Positions 27,619 through 41,646 of a DNA stretch of 64,000 nt are shown piece after piece (position 1 is the stretch's first letter; each line of letters begins with the position of its first letter). Source of the stretch: Eledone cirrhosa (taxonomy: Eukaryota); assembly GCA_964016885.1 (NCBI GenBank), contig OZ024742.1, forward strand, positions 62,620,001-62,684,000, read 5' to 3'. The notes under the pieces are model-generated. The model searched no databases and was not told where the DNA came from. It saw only the letters and a program-made list of their open reading frames with translations. A program made the position numbers and the translations under genes.

Positions 27619-27665
27619 TGCTTACAGCTGTTTCCTCCAAACCGAGGTTTGGATTCTTCGGAGCA
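27619..27665 (-). ncRNA. Hammerhead ribozyme with variant core CCGAAGA
   Basis: tgct CCGAAGA a tccaaacc-tc-ggtttgga g GAAAC agct GTA agca, followed by an AATAA-containing tail. Confidence 0.75.
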
Positions 27666-28744
27666 ATTTATTAATGCATGGACATTTATATGCCCTCCTT
27701 TTCAGCCAAGGGACATACCGATACATATGCAATATTGTGGGTCAACATTCATTACATAATTTAGAGTGGCAGTACACACTTCGAGATTACATTCATATTA
27801 AGAGGTACAATCAAAAATCAAAAATACAGGTTAAAATACAACATGAAGATAAGCGGTTATATAGTGCAAATGTTATATGTGTGGCAAGCATGTGCGTCTT
27901 GTTTATATAGTGTGGGAGAGAGATATGTGTGCTAGAGGCACTTAGGTAGGTAAACAAGAGTGTTAAGTTGGTAGATCTGGTGGAAAATTCTTTATATGAT
28001 TGATATAGTCTGTGTGTGGAGAAATGTTATAAGCATTAAAAATAGTGCAAGCATTAAATTCTGTAATGTATGTTTTTGTGTATGTATGTGGATGTATATG
28101 TACATGGGTGTGTGATTGATGGTGTGTGCCTATATATTCCTACATATGCCCGTGTGTGTATGAACGTATATACGCACATATGTGTGTGTTGAACAAAGGA
28201 CTAATTTTGGGATGGACGTAGAAAAATTCTTCAGAAAAAAATAATTGTTTACAAACTTGGCAGGTGCGATTTGCCTGTGAGCATTCTCAACACAAAGGAA
28301 TCCCCTGAATAAAGGAATTTTTCGAGAATGACCGGGGCAGGCCACACTTGCTACATTTCTCGCCACCCAACCCTACTCACCGTCTCAACTCATTACTGCT
28401 ATTAACACTTTTTCAACACACCTACACCCATACACTTATTAAAAGGGGGAGAAAAAAACCCCCACCACACCACAGAGATGTTAAATCCCTATATATAGAA
28501 CAACACACCACATACACATCAGTTTGACAAGCGCACCTCAGCGTGAAAGGTCGTTCTAAAAACGAAACAATACCTCCTACGTTAACCAAGAACTCCTAAG
28601 ACCTAACTTAATTTATAAAATAATTTTTTTTAAGGAAAAAAAAAAAAATGTTTTTCTAATCCGGAAAAAAATTCTTTTTGGATTTTGTGAAGAAAATAAA
28701 TTTGTTGAAAGCACAAGTGAAGCCATTTTTTCTTCCCTCCTGTC

Positions 28745-28791
<47 letters not shown>

Positions 28792-28919
28792 GTGTGTGTG
28801 TCTCTGTGTGTAGTTGTGCATAAGTGTGCATGTGCTTGTTTGCATGAGTGTGTGTGAGGGATTAAATGCATACTCTTATTAATAAAACGTATCATGAGCT
28901 AATTAGAAGAAAGACATAC

Positions 28920-29077
28920 CCATTACCCATATTGAACTTATCAAAGCCACCATTAAAATCGTTCCATGGAAAATGTAGAACTCTATCTTTTTTAAACCAG
29001 TTCCTATTGTCTGAACCTGTTCCATTGAAGGTAATTGTCACAACCTCAGTTTTGTTTTTTTCAAGAACCACTTTTAC
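28920..29077 (-). CDS. Coding exon 3 of an uncharacterised secreted PAN/Apple-like protein (paralogue B)
   Basis: tttcag|GTAAAAGTG..AATGG|gtatgt; 158 nt, phase 0 to 2; VKVVLEKNKTEVVTITFNGTGSDNRNWFKKDRVLHFPWNDFNGGFDKFNMGN. Confidence 0.85.
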
Positions 29078-29559
29078 CTGAAATAAACAATCCCAACAAT
29101 CAGTGATGTGAGAATAACATTAACAGTTATATCAAGTCTGATATATCAACATGTATAAACATTTATAAATAACAAACAAACAAGAAAGCTTCTCAAGACA
29201 ACAAATAGAGCATTGTGTAGTGACTTGATCTGCTAAAATTAGAGCCCAAATTTCCCTCATATCACACCCTACCTTATTAAAATAGAATTAACACGATATA
29301 TAATGTAGTTCTAGATACTTAATGCCTGAATGTAGAAATACTACATAATGTAATTCTAGATATAATATGTCTGAATGATCTCATATGTGTTATTTTGGTT
29401 CTAGATATATTATGTCTGAAAAATATATTTGACGGTATTTTCCGAGATACACAATGTCTCAAAGAAGACATCAGCATCCTCACAATGTAAGGCCTATTTT
29501 CCATACTTGAATGGTTTAGATGGTTTACCACGTTATAACCAAATAAGATCTGGTGGCCA

Positions 29560-30750
29560 TGTCTTGCTCTTATGGAATTTGTTTTGGCTTGATTTCTAAT
29601 GATAGATGTCCATTCTAATGCCACCGCATAACAGCGGGCACTGGGTGTCTTTATCAGGACACCCAAACAATAATCTGGGTGCTTTTTATTCGTCGAAACA
29701 GAACAACAATCTTCAGAGTAGATTGTGTACGTTTTTCTTGTATCACTTTCACGACCACATTACACAATCATCGGACACATTGGATAATGAAGAGCTAGAT
29801 ATATTATGTTTCAATGAAGACACAATAGGAAATGTAGTCTTAGATATATTGTGCCTGATTATATATTCAAGAATGTAGTCTTAGATACATTAAATCTGAA
29901 TTATCACATATCAGTTATTGTGGTTCGAGACATATTTTGACTGAAATATATAATTACCTGTATTAGTTTCAAAATCATACATGACTATGTTTAGAAGTGA
30001 GAATAAGATAGATGAAATGTCATCTTGGACGAACAGCTGGTATGTTAGCTCTCATTTTGAAAGATGCATTTTTACAATACAAGAAAAGGAAATACCAATA
30101 AAATATCTGATACTCAAAGAGGGTATAGCTGCTGGATTAACACTTTGATGCCAAAACAGTTGCAGATTATTTGGAGTAAACATCTGGTATATCATCTACA
30201 CCTTAAGCAGCTGTTCGACATTATCATGATGGTACTATGTACCAATGTGACATGATGTAGTGATCAAACACTTAGTAATGAGATTGGTAGAAAGATAGTC
30301 CTGAAAATACAAATATCCAAAGGGGTATTGATGGCGAGAAAATATTCACACATAATATGAAAGATAACTGGACTGTTCTTGTCAAAACTCCAGTAAAATA
30401 TAACCATAACAAACCAGATTTAATGACATGGGACAGGGCAAAAGGGACATACACAATAGTTAATATTAACTACCTAACAAATGTTAATATAGTGTTAGAA
30501 GTTATTGAAAAGAAGAACATCTATGCCAAATTAACTAATAATCTGCAGATCCTCGATCATGACTCTACCTTTAAATTTCTACCTGTGATCTTTTGGGCAA
30601 TTGGATATGTTACTAACTGCATCAGTACAAATATTAAGAAACTGGGCTACGCAGAATTAGAAAAAAGCATGAAAAATTAAGACATTGTAAGTATAATTTA
30701 TCAAGGGAACTGTAAAAATATGCAAAACTTTCCAGCACATGTGTATATAT
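29560..30750 (+). pseudogene. Old fragment of an REL-endonuclease (R2/R4-group) LINE
   Basis: HNKPDLMTWD..KK..YAKL..FLPVIFWAIGYV resembles the PD-(D/E)xK C-terminus; heavily decayed. Confidence 0.6.
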
Positions 30751-31023
30751 AGATATGGAAATGTATGTATATGTGCACATATATAATTCAAAATATTCAA
30801 ATCCATATATGCAATGACATCCATATCTTCACACAAACAAACATGCATACAGAGAATACATAATTACCTACATGATAACTAAATTGTATATTGATGTCTG
30901 AATGAATCTTGTTTGGGGATTAGAAACAGGCTCACCCTTTCAATTTCTATTTATGTGAAACTAATAAAAATAAAACCAGATGAAAATATATACATAGCGA
31001 GAAGGAAAATAAATATATCTTAC

Positions 31024-31196
31024 ATTCTCAACCGATATATTTTTCCAAGTATTTATAAAATGATCTCGGTAGACCTCAGAACAAATTGTCTTCTGTTGAC
31101 AATTATTTATAGCATTATAACTGATATTGTTTCGATATAATTTGGTTGCTCCTTGTTTGCTGTTATTTGGTAAAACATAGATCTTATGCCATTTAC
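31024..31196 (-). CDS. Coding exon 2 of the same gene (paralogue B)
   Basis: ttcttctccag|GTAAATGG..GAGAAT|gtaaga; 173 nt, phase 1 to 0, open: GKWHKIYVLPNNSKQGATKLY..CQQKTICSEVYRDHFINTWKNISVEN. Confidence 0.85.
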
Positions 31197-31844
31197 CTGG
31201 AGAAGAAAAAACTTCTTTTTAAATTTGAATAACACTTAGAATATATAGGCGTAAGTACAAGAAACAGAAAATTGTGGAAGGAATCTTGAAAAGAGAGAGA
31301 TAATAATAATAGTTAAAGTCTCTAGACAACTACGTTTCAGTGTTTGGTTGTAAGTCATTTCACTTCCCTATCGCCAAGTATGTTCGTTTAGCCCGTGGTC
31401 ATCATCTCTTAGTGATTAAAGTTTTTATGTTAGCCTTTAATTTGATGTAAATGTGGCTGTTATTTCTAGCATGGTGACCCACCGAAGAGACGACACCCAA
31501 TTGTCTCTTTTCCAGTTTTGTTGTATAAAATGACATATTTGACTGGTACAGCCAATCGTTGGGGTTTGACCCTAGATGCTAGAGTGTATTTATCATAGTA
31601 TTTTAATAAACCTTAGAAATACTGAGCAGTGCCCATCTCCATACCAAGCATCCAGTCTCTCATCATGTCTAGTCTGTCAGATGAAGCATGACTGACAAAT
31701 GTTCAAGAAATGTGAGAATCAGATGAGAAAAAGTGTACCTATCCCTAAGAATGCCACCTGTCAGACATCAAACTATTTTTTCCTACCCAAACTTCGCAGT
31801 TTTGAGAAAATATTTCTTGGTTAAAGGTTATTTAAATCTTAGAG

Positions 31845-31927
31845 AACATCCTGTATTGTAATAATGTTTAGATAACATCCTGTATTGAAATAATGTTTAG
31901 ATAACATCCTGTATTGAAATAATGTTT
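31845..31927. repeat. 29-nt minisatellite, about 3 copies
   Basis: aacatcctgtattgaaataatgtttagat in tandem. Confidence 0.85.
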
Positions 31928-32384
31928 CAATATTATATTTTCCACTATTTTTAGTGGAAAATGGCATAACACTAACTGCAATAATGTTATATTAATTTGT
32001 TTAATTCTGATTTCAACGAGGCAGTAGGTAATGGTACATCTAGTATACGGTTTCTGTACATCCTCACTAACGATAGAACTCGTATTGAATTAGCATATCT
32101 TTGGATCACTTTATTCTGTGGTAATATTTAACCATAAACATGTGATCATATTTACCGCAATGACATGATAGATGTGTTACCAACTCCCAGCATCTTCTAT
32201 TAGAACTAATGGTTTCTGATGGACGAAACTTTTTCAGTTAATAGCAGCGAAACCTCCAATACCCTGGTATGGTATCAAAGTATCATAACACAGAAGGGTA
32301 GGATGTGAAGGATACTTCACTTCTAATTCTCTCATATCTTGCTTCAATGTAAAATTCTCATTAGTTTATACATATCTGTGTACA

Positions 32385-32560
32385 TCATCATCATCATCAT
32401 CGTCGTTTAACGTCTATCTTCCACGCCTGCATGGGTCAGACGGGAATTGTTCCATTTGAGGCAAGATTGGTCGGGTAGACCATGTCTCGCTTGTATAGGA
32501 CTGTATCTGGCAGGTTTTCTATGGCTGGATACCCTTCCTAACGCCAACCACATTTAGACA
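32385..32560 (-). mobile_element. SINE or RTE-type 3' end with (GAT)n tail
   Basis: (cat)n cgtttaacgtc..catgggtcagacgg..ggctggatacccttcctaacgccaacc, resembling an octopus interspersed repeat as I recall it. Confidence 0.55.
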
Positions 32561-32779
32561 TTCTAACCATGTACCCAATGTATCGGAGCTGAGGTGTCTC
32601 AATTCGGAGAAGTAGCGTCTCTACATCGAGTGACACTTTAACCATGCAGCACTCAGCATCAGACCTATCGAGTGCAAGTCGTATATCATCTCTGTCGACA
32701 GCATCTTCTGATATAAACGTGGTGCATCAGGGAGTTGTGACTAATCTCTCAGAGCCGGAGGTCACAATATCAGTTAAAG

Positions 32780-33300
32780 AGCTCTAATGTGGAAAAGCCA
32801 CTGGGGGGATGAAATCCGGCTTGAGATGTTAAAAGCCTTAAATAGAGGAGGTATTCTCTGGTACACTCGTGTGTGCTGGGTGGTATGGAACTGTGGAAAG
32901 ACACCTAAGCAATGGCAATCGGGGGTGATAATCCCAGTTTTCAAAAAGGGAGAAAACAGGGAATTTTACAATTAGAGATGGATCTCCTTGTTAAAACTCC
33001 CCGGTGAAGTCAATGCTAAGTGTCTGGCAAAGAGATTCAGGGACATTGTTGACTCCAAGCTAGCTGATGAACAGTGTGGTTTTCGCCCCGGGCGCAACAT
33101 AGCTGAAATATATTCACACTGCAGCAGGTCTTCAATAAATCGTGGGTGTATTTACAAGGGGTAAATTCAATTTTGTAGACCTCGAAAAGGCATAAGACTG
33201 CATTCCTCAGGACCTGTTGTGGAATGTTGTGCAGGAGCATGGAATCGACAGTCAGCTGCTTGCTACCTTGATATCTCTATACAAATTACCGAATATTCTA
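32780..33300 (+). pseudogene. RTE LINE RT fragment
   Basis: GDEIRLEMLKAL..WQSGVIIPVFKKG..ISLL..EQCGFRPGR..FVDLEKA. Confidence 0.8.
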
Positions 33301-33742
33301 TATTGTCTATAAATAAATATATATTTAAATATAATTCCATTTATTGTGAAAATCTAATTATCAATATTAAAATAAGAAATAAAAATATAAACTCATATTC
33401 TATTAACAATTTATATTTTAATTAACATTAGAATAAACATAATACTATGTAATCAACAACAATTATTACATGTATTTCCTGGTAGACTACTTACCAGATA
33501 TTTCCTGGTTATACTATTATTCTGACTGTAATGAAATAAATCCCAACTAAAATATTGAGCTCAAGTGTTGTTCAAAAGTTATTTATTAGGAAGATATGTA
33601 CTCAGGTAATTGAACTAGAAATACTGAATTGATAGCAGTTACTGTATAATAAATTTGGTGACCAGTCAATAATCCCACATTACTATTAATTTATACACCA
33701 GTCATCTTGAAGTAGAAAGGTTTGTGAAATAATTTTACTTAC

Positions 33743-34082
33743 CTTCATGTACTGTGTAATAACTCTGGTGTATTGTTGATGATATCACAACAATACTGTC
33801 TTGCCAGGCATGAAATATCTCACAGCTTTTATCATAGTAAGTAAAATAACTACAATAGGGCATACTAATGCAATGCTGAATACATTCAAATATAACATTA
33901 ACAAATGTCACAGGGTATGTTCTTGTCAGGTTATCAGTATGTAAAATAGCTTTTCCTTTCAGCCGATGAAAATAGGAACCAATATTGGTATTAGAATTAG
34001 AAGAATCTGATATATGCAGAGTGAAAAAGTGGAACATCAATAAAATTATTTTTAAATGTTGCCAGAATTTCTTCGACATCAT
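33743..34082 (-). CDS. First coding exon (signal peptide + PAN/Apple-like domain), paralogue B
   Basis: Acceptor ccttttcag before 34087, ATG at 34082, donor GAAG|gtaagt; hydrophobic N-terminus then C-x3-C-x5-C..F.Y....C.I PAN-like pattern; phase 1 joins in frame to 31024-31196. Confidence 0.85.
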
Positions 34083-34949
34083 TGTATCTGAAAAGGAGAT
34101 TTTTCATTTTGTTTAGACATAAAGCCACAATATTTTATGGATGTGTGATATTGTCAATCAATTAATTCTAATGTATTGTTAACATTAATTGAATCCAACC
34201 ATAAGTGATGTAAAACTAATTTAATTATGGTGGGATTTGAACTCTGAAGAGAGATGTAACTAAATGCTATGAGATATATGTTTCTGTACACAATACAGGG
34301 GTGTCATTAATTATTGGGTCATAAGGACTTCACTGACGAAATGTATCACCATCTAAGGCACAACAAACGAATATATTAGTGCTAAATATTTGATAAATCA
34401 GTATAATCTAATATTATTACACAAAAAGGAACTTGACGAAGATGTCACAAATTGAAATATCATTAACATAAAATATACTATAAGTTGCTGAAATATTTTT
34501 ATCTCCTTACACCAAAATTGTTTGTCTTCAGACTTTAATTACTATTGATATTCTAAATGGCTGCATTCGTAGCGGCCGCATTTAGCTTGTTCACTCCGAT
34601 TTATGGCAGAACGGAATCCCTGTTGATGAAATGAATCCTCTGTTCGATCATGGAATACCACGAGCGTGCGTGTTACGTAAGTTGGATAAATGATTTCGGA
34701 TTCATAGAAACACTTTAGAAGTATATCCTTTGATTTGTCCAGGTGTATCTTTTAACCTGTTAGTTCTTTCGTTACTTTGGTATTGTGTGGTTGGGTTTTG
34801 CCTACCACAGTGTTCAATTTGTCAAGCTATTTAAACGTATGTTATTACTCTAAGGACCTACCCTGATTGAGTGCTTTGCTAACTCATTCCTATTGTAGGT
34901 CGATTTTGCTTGCCCACAGCCAAAGCTTCGATTTTACTAAGCTTCCACT

Positions 34950-35004
<55 letters not shown>

Positions 35005-35884
35005 TGACGAAGTTATAGGAAATATATTCATTATAATGTCAATGGCTCATAATTATACACTGAATGAGATATGGTTTTACGTATACTAGTTTAACGCAGT
35101 GTATATTTGTAATGTGGCAGCTGCAAGTGGTTGTCCAAACCCCAGGATTTCTGTAAATATAGCAGTAAGCTTCGATATGTGCAATTCGTAACTTTCCGAA
35201 TACAGTGGCTGCACAATGTAAGCCGTATACTACAAGAACTTTGTCACCAGATTTGATAATTACAGAGAGAATAAAGCCATATATTCAAAATAAAACATAG
35301 ATATCTGATAATTACTTTGTTTCAATATAACAGTCATATTAATGTTTTATTTCCTTCGCCAAGGCGGATACACATTATTATTTGATTTTAAATTATTTTT
35401 AATTAACATTTTGAAAATCAAAATAAATAAAAACGGTAAATTTGTTAAAGAACACACAACCACCTTGATTTCAGTGGGAAAATTTATTTTTTGCCTCGAA
35501 TTTTTTCGTATGCTATCAATCAATCTGACCTCCAAGATGATGACGTTCAACTTTTTTCCGGAGACCTGAGAGGGTTAAGTGGACCCCCTACCGATATAAA
35601 CCCCCTTCGAGATTTTTATTCGCGTGTTCTCAACGAATATGGCCCCCAAACCAGTAGGAGATTTGTAAAAATAAAAAAGGTCATATTCGTTGATAACAAA
35701 AGCAAAAAATGTAGCGAAAACTCCGAGGAGAGAGAGTTATCCTGGGGGAGGGAGAACCCAGGAAAATGTTAATTACGAACACATTGGAGACCAGATAAGT
35801 TGATAACATACACACAAAAAGAAAGAAAAAAAACAAGGAAAAAAATTGTTTTCAATTAAAATCAAGGTGGGCGGTTTCTCTATA

Positions 35885-36035
35885 ATAATTGTTTCTACTT
35901 TTGGCACAAGGCCAGCAATTAACCCAGTGCATTGCTGGTACTTTATTTTATCGACCCCATAAGGATGAAAGGCAAAGTTAACCTCGGCGGGATTTGAACA
36001 CAGATCGTAAAGGGCTGTAACTCTATGCCACAAAG
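35885..36035 (-). mobile_element. Octopus-type SINE (partial)
   Basis: ttcaaatcccgccgaggttaactttgcctttcatccttatggggtcgataaaataaagtaccag on the minus strand; matches the 39030-39225 copy. Confidence 0.8.
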
Positions 36036-37680
36036 CATGGCCTCCTACCCTCCACCGATACTGCCAAATAATGCTTACACGTACAGAAATTAAAAGAAAT
36101 CAAAGGAAAATATGATTTGAAATTTTGAAATGAAAATATTCTTAATTTGTCAGGTTGTTTTTTTCCAATATTCAATTATATTTTAACTTCCACCCTTGTA
36201 AACATAATTAAAATTGTTTTTATATAATGTCGATACATGGAAATATAGTTTGGCCAGGAATTAGAACTCCGTGTAAATGAATAAATGATTAGTAATGTCA
36301 ACCAAAGAAATGCATTAGTGTACATGGGAATGACACCACACACTTTATAGAATTAAACAATATTTCAGTTTAAGGTGTACAATTGATAAATTGAAAGCAA
36401 ACAATTGAATAAGCGACATTCCTCATGACCAGGCATATTTTCCTGTATCAAACATTGATTGTAGTCAATCTTAACAAGCTATTTCATAAAGGAGTCAAAA
36501 TAATATTATGATTACATTACACAATATATCTCATAACAAGGTCTTTGAATTTAAAGTCTGAACTAAGACTCCCTTGACAGTGCGATACTAAATTTATATC
36601 AGGGAGACTTAAAACATTATCTAGCTTATATTTCAGAGTAATCTCTCGTTTCTTCCTTTCCCAACACTAACCAGGGGAACATATATGAAAGAAGCAGAGA
36701 GTGAGAGGGTCAAGACTAAAATTAAAATATAGGGAAACAAAGTTGAATGAGAGGAAAGGTAAAACTACATACCATATACTGCTTGTATTTTCGTCTGTAC
36801 AACTCTGTCAATGTAAGTACAGGTAAATACAGGTGATGCGGTGCAATACTGTCAAAATAGCTACTCGATTCAAAACAAGAGAACACAAGATGTTTCAGTT
36901 GAAACCGACTATCTTTATAAACATCAAACAACAATTAACATATTGATTAAGCAATAGAGAATATACAATATATCGACTGTCACAATAACTAGCAATAGAT
37001 CCATTGTTATATTATTATTGATATTGTTATCAGGTAACATTTATTGTATAATAGTTTATGGAATATATTATGTAAATACAGTTTAATAGAAAAAGATAAA
37101 AAGAAAAAACGAAAAACGGAGGGAATGGCAAGGACACTAGTATCACATAAGAAAGCTGATGGGAAATGATTGGGCTCTGGGCCTAGGGCGTGGCGGTAAA
37201 GGAGTTGCGGCCCGCAGACAATGGCCAGCGACACCCGTTGCAACAGCCACCCCACTTCGCAGGGCACCTTCCCCGGAGGAGATCGACTGTACAAGGTTTT
37301 TGTTTTAGAAATTTATTTTATGTCATAACCACCCGATTATGTCATAACCACCCTCATCTTACACAATAATGCATATTCTATAAGGTTTTGTAGAGATTCG
37401 TTAGGGAGGGTGTAGATCACAATTATACTGATAAATTATTGTTTATATTAAATAAAAGTAAACCAAACCCAGAAACCTTTACATCAATACTTCCAGTTTC
37501 TTGTTCAATCTGAGTATTATAATAGATTTTCTACAGGAACAAAATGTCATTTTATCAACTTTGAAGTGAGAAATAAATTTATATGTAATTAAGAAAAGAA
37601 ATGAGATTCAATTAAAACGTTTATTAAATTTTGAAATCTGGCTAAACCTTTCATTAATACTACTACTACTACTACTACTG

Positions 37681-37725
<45 letters not shown>

Positions 37726-38125
37726 TTGTTGCTGATAGCCCTCTATCTCTTCTCCACCCCTGCCTGTGTCACTTTCCTGTTCATTTTGATTCCCCAAATG
37801 GAATGCCAACGTAATTGGTATAGCAACAAGGAAATGGGTAGTTAAAAATAGAAGGAACAACATTTGAAGAGAAAAAGAGAAAACTTTGAAGAATTTGTCA
37901 AAGATACCGCTTTCTCTCTTTCCAGCTCTCTTACATGCACGATATCTCCATCATTCTCTCTGACTATCTCTCTATATCTCTTCATTCAACCTTTCGGATT
38001 TTTTCCATCAACCTTGAATAACTTATATTATAAACCTGATGTATTATCGAAGCGCAAGGAGTCTTTAACATTTGGAGATGTGAGAGTCCCAAATAATTCT
38101 CTGCTCAATTTTGTTCGTCTCTATA

Positions 38126-38830
38126 TACGAGGGAGCTTCAAAAAGTTTGTGGAAAAAGGACAGTTGGAAAAACTGGTTTAAGTTGTGATGTTTATTTTGC
38201 AACATACGCTCCATCTAGGTCAATACATTTCTGCAAGCATTGATACCAACCTTTAAGTCCATGTATGTAAAACTGAGGGCCGTGCGATTTAAACCATGTC
38301 AAAGCAGCTGTTTTTACATATTCAACTGATGGAAAATAGGTACCTTTCAATTATTTTTTCAGGTTTGAAAACAAAAGGAAGTCGGATGGGGCTAAATCAG
38401 GACAGTAAGGTGGATTGTCGCATTGGAAGAAAACGCGCCGATGCGGCTTACCCGTGCATTTATCCGCGATTTTCTTGGCCAGTTTAGTCAAAACGCCTTC
38501 ATAATATGCAACTTTAATTGCTCCGATTTTGCCTTGACTAGCCCACTTCACACCTGAGCAGCCACTACCTCGATTGAGTTTTGTCCTCGGTATCGTGCTA
38601 GTAGAGCCAGGTTTCATCCCGGTAACAATTCTCTGGAGAAAGGCTTGTTCAAATATTTATTCGAAAGATCTGCCCTTGTTCGCTGCTGATCTGAGCGCAA
38701 CAGCTTTGGGACCCGTCGAGAGGAAATTTTGTTCCTCCCCACACTCTCCACCATAATTTCATGTTCGGAACCAACGGAGATGTTGAGTGTGTCGACTACT
38801 GAATCAAACACATATACACAAGCCATAGAA
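38126..38830 (-). mobile_element. Degenerate mariner transposon
   Basis: TA-cgaggg..caaaaagttt TIR-like end; IVTGDETWLY..D and YCPDLAPSDFLLF motifs in broken frames. Confidence 0.85.
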
Positions 38831-39029
38831 GAAAAGAAAACTCACAACTTTTCTAAAGTAGCGCTTTACCAAAGGCAATTTTTCAAGACTAAAAATTAAA
38901 CATTTTTAGCAATAGTTTTTATTTTATTATTTATTCATATATATAATTTTGGATTTCTACGGTTCTACTCTAAAAAGACAGTACTATACGACCATTCGAG
39001 GTCACAGCTTTGAGCAATATAGTTTGCAG

Positions 39030-39225
39030 TAAGAATCGGATGCCATGTTTTCCAGCATAGTTACATACCTTTTATGGTCTGAGTTCAAATCCCGCCGAGG
39101 TTAACTTTGCCTTTCATCCTTACGGGGTCGATAAAATAAAGTACCAGTCATGCACTGGGGTCGATTTAATCGACTTTCCCCTCCCCCAAAATTGCTGTCC
39201 TTGTGCCTATATAAGAAATCATTAT
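39030..39225 (+). mobile_element. Octopus-type SINE
   Basis: gagttcaaatcccgccgagg..ggggtcgataaaataaagtaccagt..ctggggtcgatttaatcgact..ccttgtgccta; B-box-like gttcaaatc. Confidence 0.85.
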
Positions 39226-39834
39226 TAAGAAATAAAAAGAGTTTGTTGTCAATTATGTCTTTTCACCACCAATAATTGATAATCTATCTGCCAGTAAAGT
39301 AACTATACCTCAACACTTATTATGGTTCCTCTTGATTTTTTATATATTGATGTTGTGGTGGTGGTGATGATTGATCCCGGTAACATTTGTTAATCTTATT
39401 ATTTTTGTTGTTATTGTTCATAATTACGTGACTATTTGACACTATCATCTCATGGGTCACAATTTTCAATATTTCCTTTCACAAAATATTCATGCTGTGC
39501 AGTTTTTCATATTGCTTATAAACTATTTTATATTGATAAACTGAAACAATTGTCTTCGGATCTTTAACCATTGTTAACATGTTTATGGACAACAATGAAT
39601 ATTAGCTAGTTGAAAGGAAGTATAAATTGATTTGTTTCAGCCAGTCAGATCTTTATCTAATAGTTCAATTCCAATCGATAACAGAAAATGTCATCTCCGT
39701 TTTCTGTTGAGATAAGCATGTTGAGAAACTGAGAAATACCAGAGCTTATTTCTATCAGACATTTCCTCTGAAGAGTAACTATCACCAGAATACCAACGTC
39801 AACGCAAACAATTTTGAGATGTGTAGTTTGTTTT

Positions 39835-40490
39835 GTATATGTATATTTATGGATATCTCTGTGCTGAAAGAAGATGTTCATATTAGAGAATCCATTGCTA
39901 GAACAGAATTCTAATAATGCCTTTCCATTCGTATTTAGATCGGGGTCGCTGATCCTTCCAATCACTCCTATACATGTCAGGTGGTCAGTGCCAACATGTG
40001 CATTGAAGGCTCCCATCAGAATATAGGAATCTGTGTTAACTACAACTAACGTTGCAGTGATGTTATAGAATAAGGATCTGTATTGGGACACCTTGTTTAG
40101 TGCATAACTTTGCACCACCCACTGAGACCTATCTTTCTGCTTAAGCTTCAAGAGACAAATCTTCTCTCCTAATGGGATCCAGTACATAAGACATTCTGAC
40201 TGTTGGGGGCTTGTGAATATCCCCACACCCACCTGTACAGTCATTTCTTATACCACACCTGAAGAGTGGAGTTTCCATCCTCCGTCCAAATCTACAGTAT
40301 CAGAGCCACAGAACTTTGTTGAGGAAACTCCGACTATATCTAGCTGATAACATCTAGCATCCTCTACTAGATCCTGCTCTCTACCAGTAATGGTTGTGAT
40401 TTTCCATGTTACAATTGTCAAGGTTTCCTGCCTTCTTAACCCTCTTTGGAGCCTCGGGATACGCAATCTTTGTACGTTCATCCCACACAT
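39835..40490 (-). pseudogene. RTE-type LINE APE endonuclease fragment
   Basis: TWKITT..LDIVGVSSTK..GVGIF..LMGAFNAHVG..NG..LLEFC..FFQHRDIHKYT. Confidence 0.85.
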
Positions 40491-40839
40491 CTCATGGCAA
40501 GTTGCAAGCCCATCACCAGTTTTCTTCTATATGACATAGGGACAGCAATATATATTTTTCGAACATAGGGACAGCAATATATATTTTTCCTAATGCCTGA
40601 ACTCGTCCCTTGTAAAACTGCACAAAGAATGATGCGGTATGGTTCTCTTTCGTACCTCTCACCATATTGCAGTTTTTGGTGGTACACGCCTCGCCATAGC
40701 TACATCACTGGGTTGTGTGAGTTTTATTGAGAGCTACTGATGTTATCCATTACTCCATCTCCTTTAGTTGTTTCCCGCTGCTGATCTAAAGTTGCCTTAT
40801 ATCTCCGGAGCTGCCCGCTTATATTGCAACTAACCATCA

Positions 40840-41030
40840 TCTCTGGTGGCCATATCGCCTTCCACCGCGTGTGACACGTTCTCTATTACAACAAGGGAAA
40901 CAGGGACACAGACCAATAATCGATTTTGTTATCTTCTCTGATGTCTTCGATTCTGTGCTGGATGTTCGTGTTAAGAGAGAGGATGAACTGTCTACTAATC
41001 TACATCTCGTTATCGAAATCTTGGGAACAC
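40840..41030 (+). pseudogene. Inverted piece of the APE C-terminus
   Basis: IIDFVIFSD..VLDVRVKR..ELSTNLHLV continues the 39.8-40.5 kb domain on the opposite strand. Confidence 0.6.
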
Positions 41031-41289
41031 CGAAGCCAAAGATGCCCACAAAACAGGCAGGTCCAATGCAACCTAGAGAGGTGGGAAGCGTTGGTGAAAC
41101 AAAGTATAAAATACTATACAATAAAATGTTTATTTAATACTAGACCAACGGATCATGTTCACTTCAAAATATTTTTTAAAATCATGTTCACTTAAACATA
41201 ATTTTTAAATAAAAACAGACATGTACATATTGTGAAATGAAACTGGAAGGCCCATATATATATACGTGTGATATGTGTATATATGAATA

Positions 41290-41322
<33 letters not shown>

Positions 41323-41396
41323 GCATGTGTGTGTGTATACATATATGTGAGTGTCTCTTATCTCTATACACTGGTCATAGACACACACACACACAT

Positions 41397-41441
<45 letters not shown>

Positions 41442-41466
41442 TATTTATACACAACAACACCAGCAG

Positions 41467-41508
<42 letters not shown>

Positions 41509-41601
41509 CTCCTCTGTCTCCCCTCCCTCTCGCTATGTCTCTCTTTTAATCTACTCTGTCACAAGCACTATCTCTTTCTTTTCTCTCTCTCTCTCTCTCC
41601 C

Positions 41602-41646
<45 letters not shown>

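Noticed and set aside
31845-31927. 29-nt direct repeats as a CRISPR array
   Set aside because: No spacers, eukaryotic context and no cas genes
33494-33524. Small exon with good AG/GT signals between coding exons 1 and 2
   Set aside because: Introduces an in-frame TAA with the plausible acceptors, and exon 1 already joins exon 2 in frame
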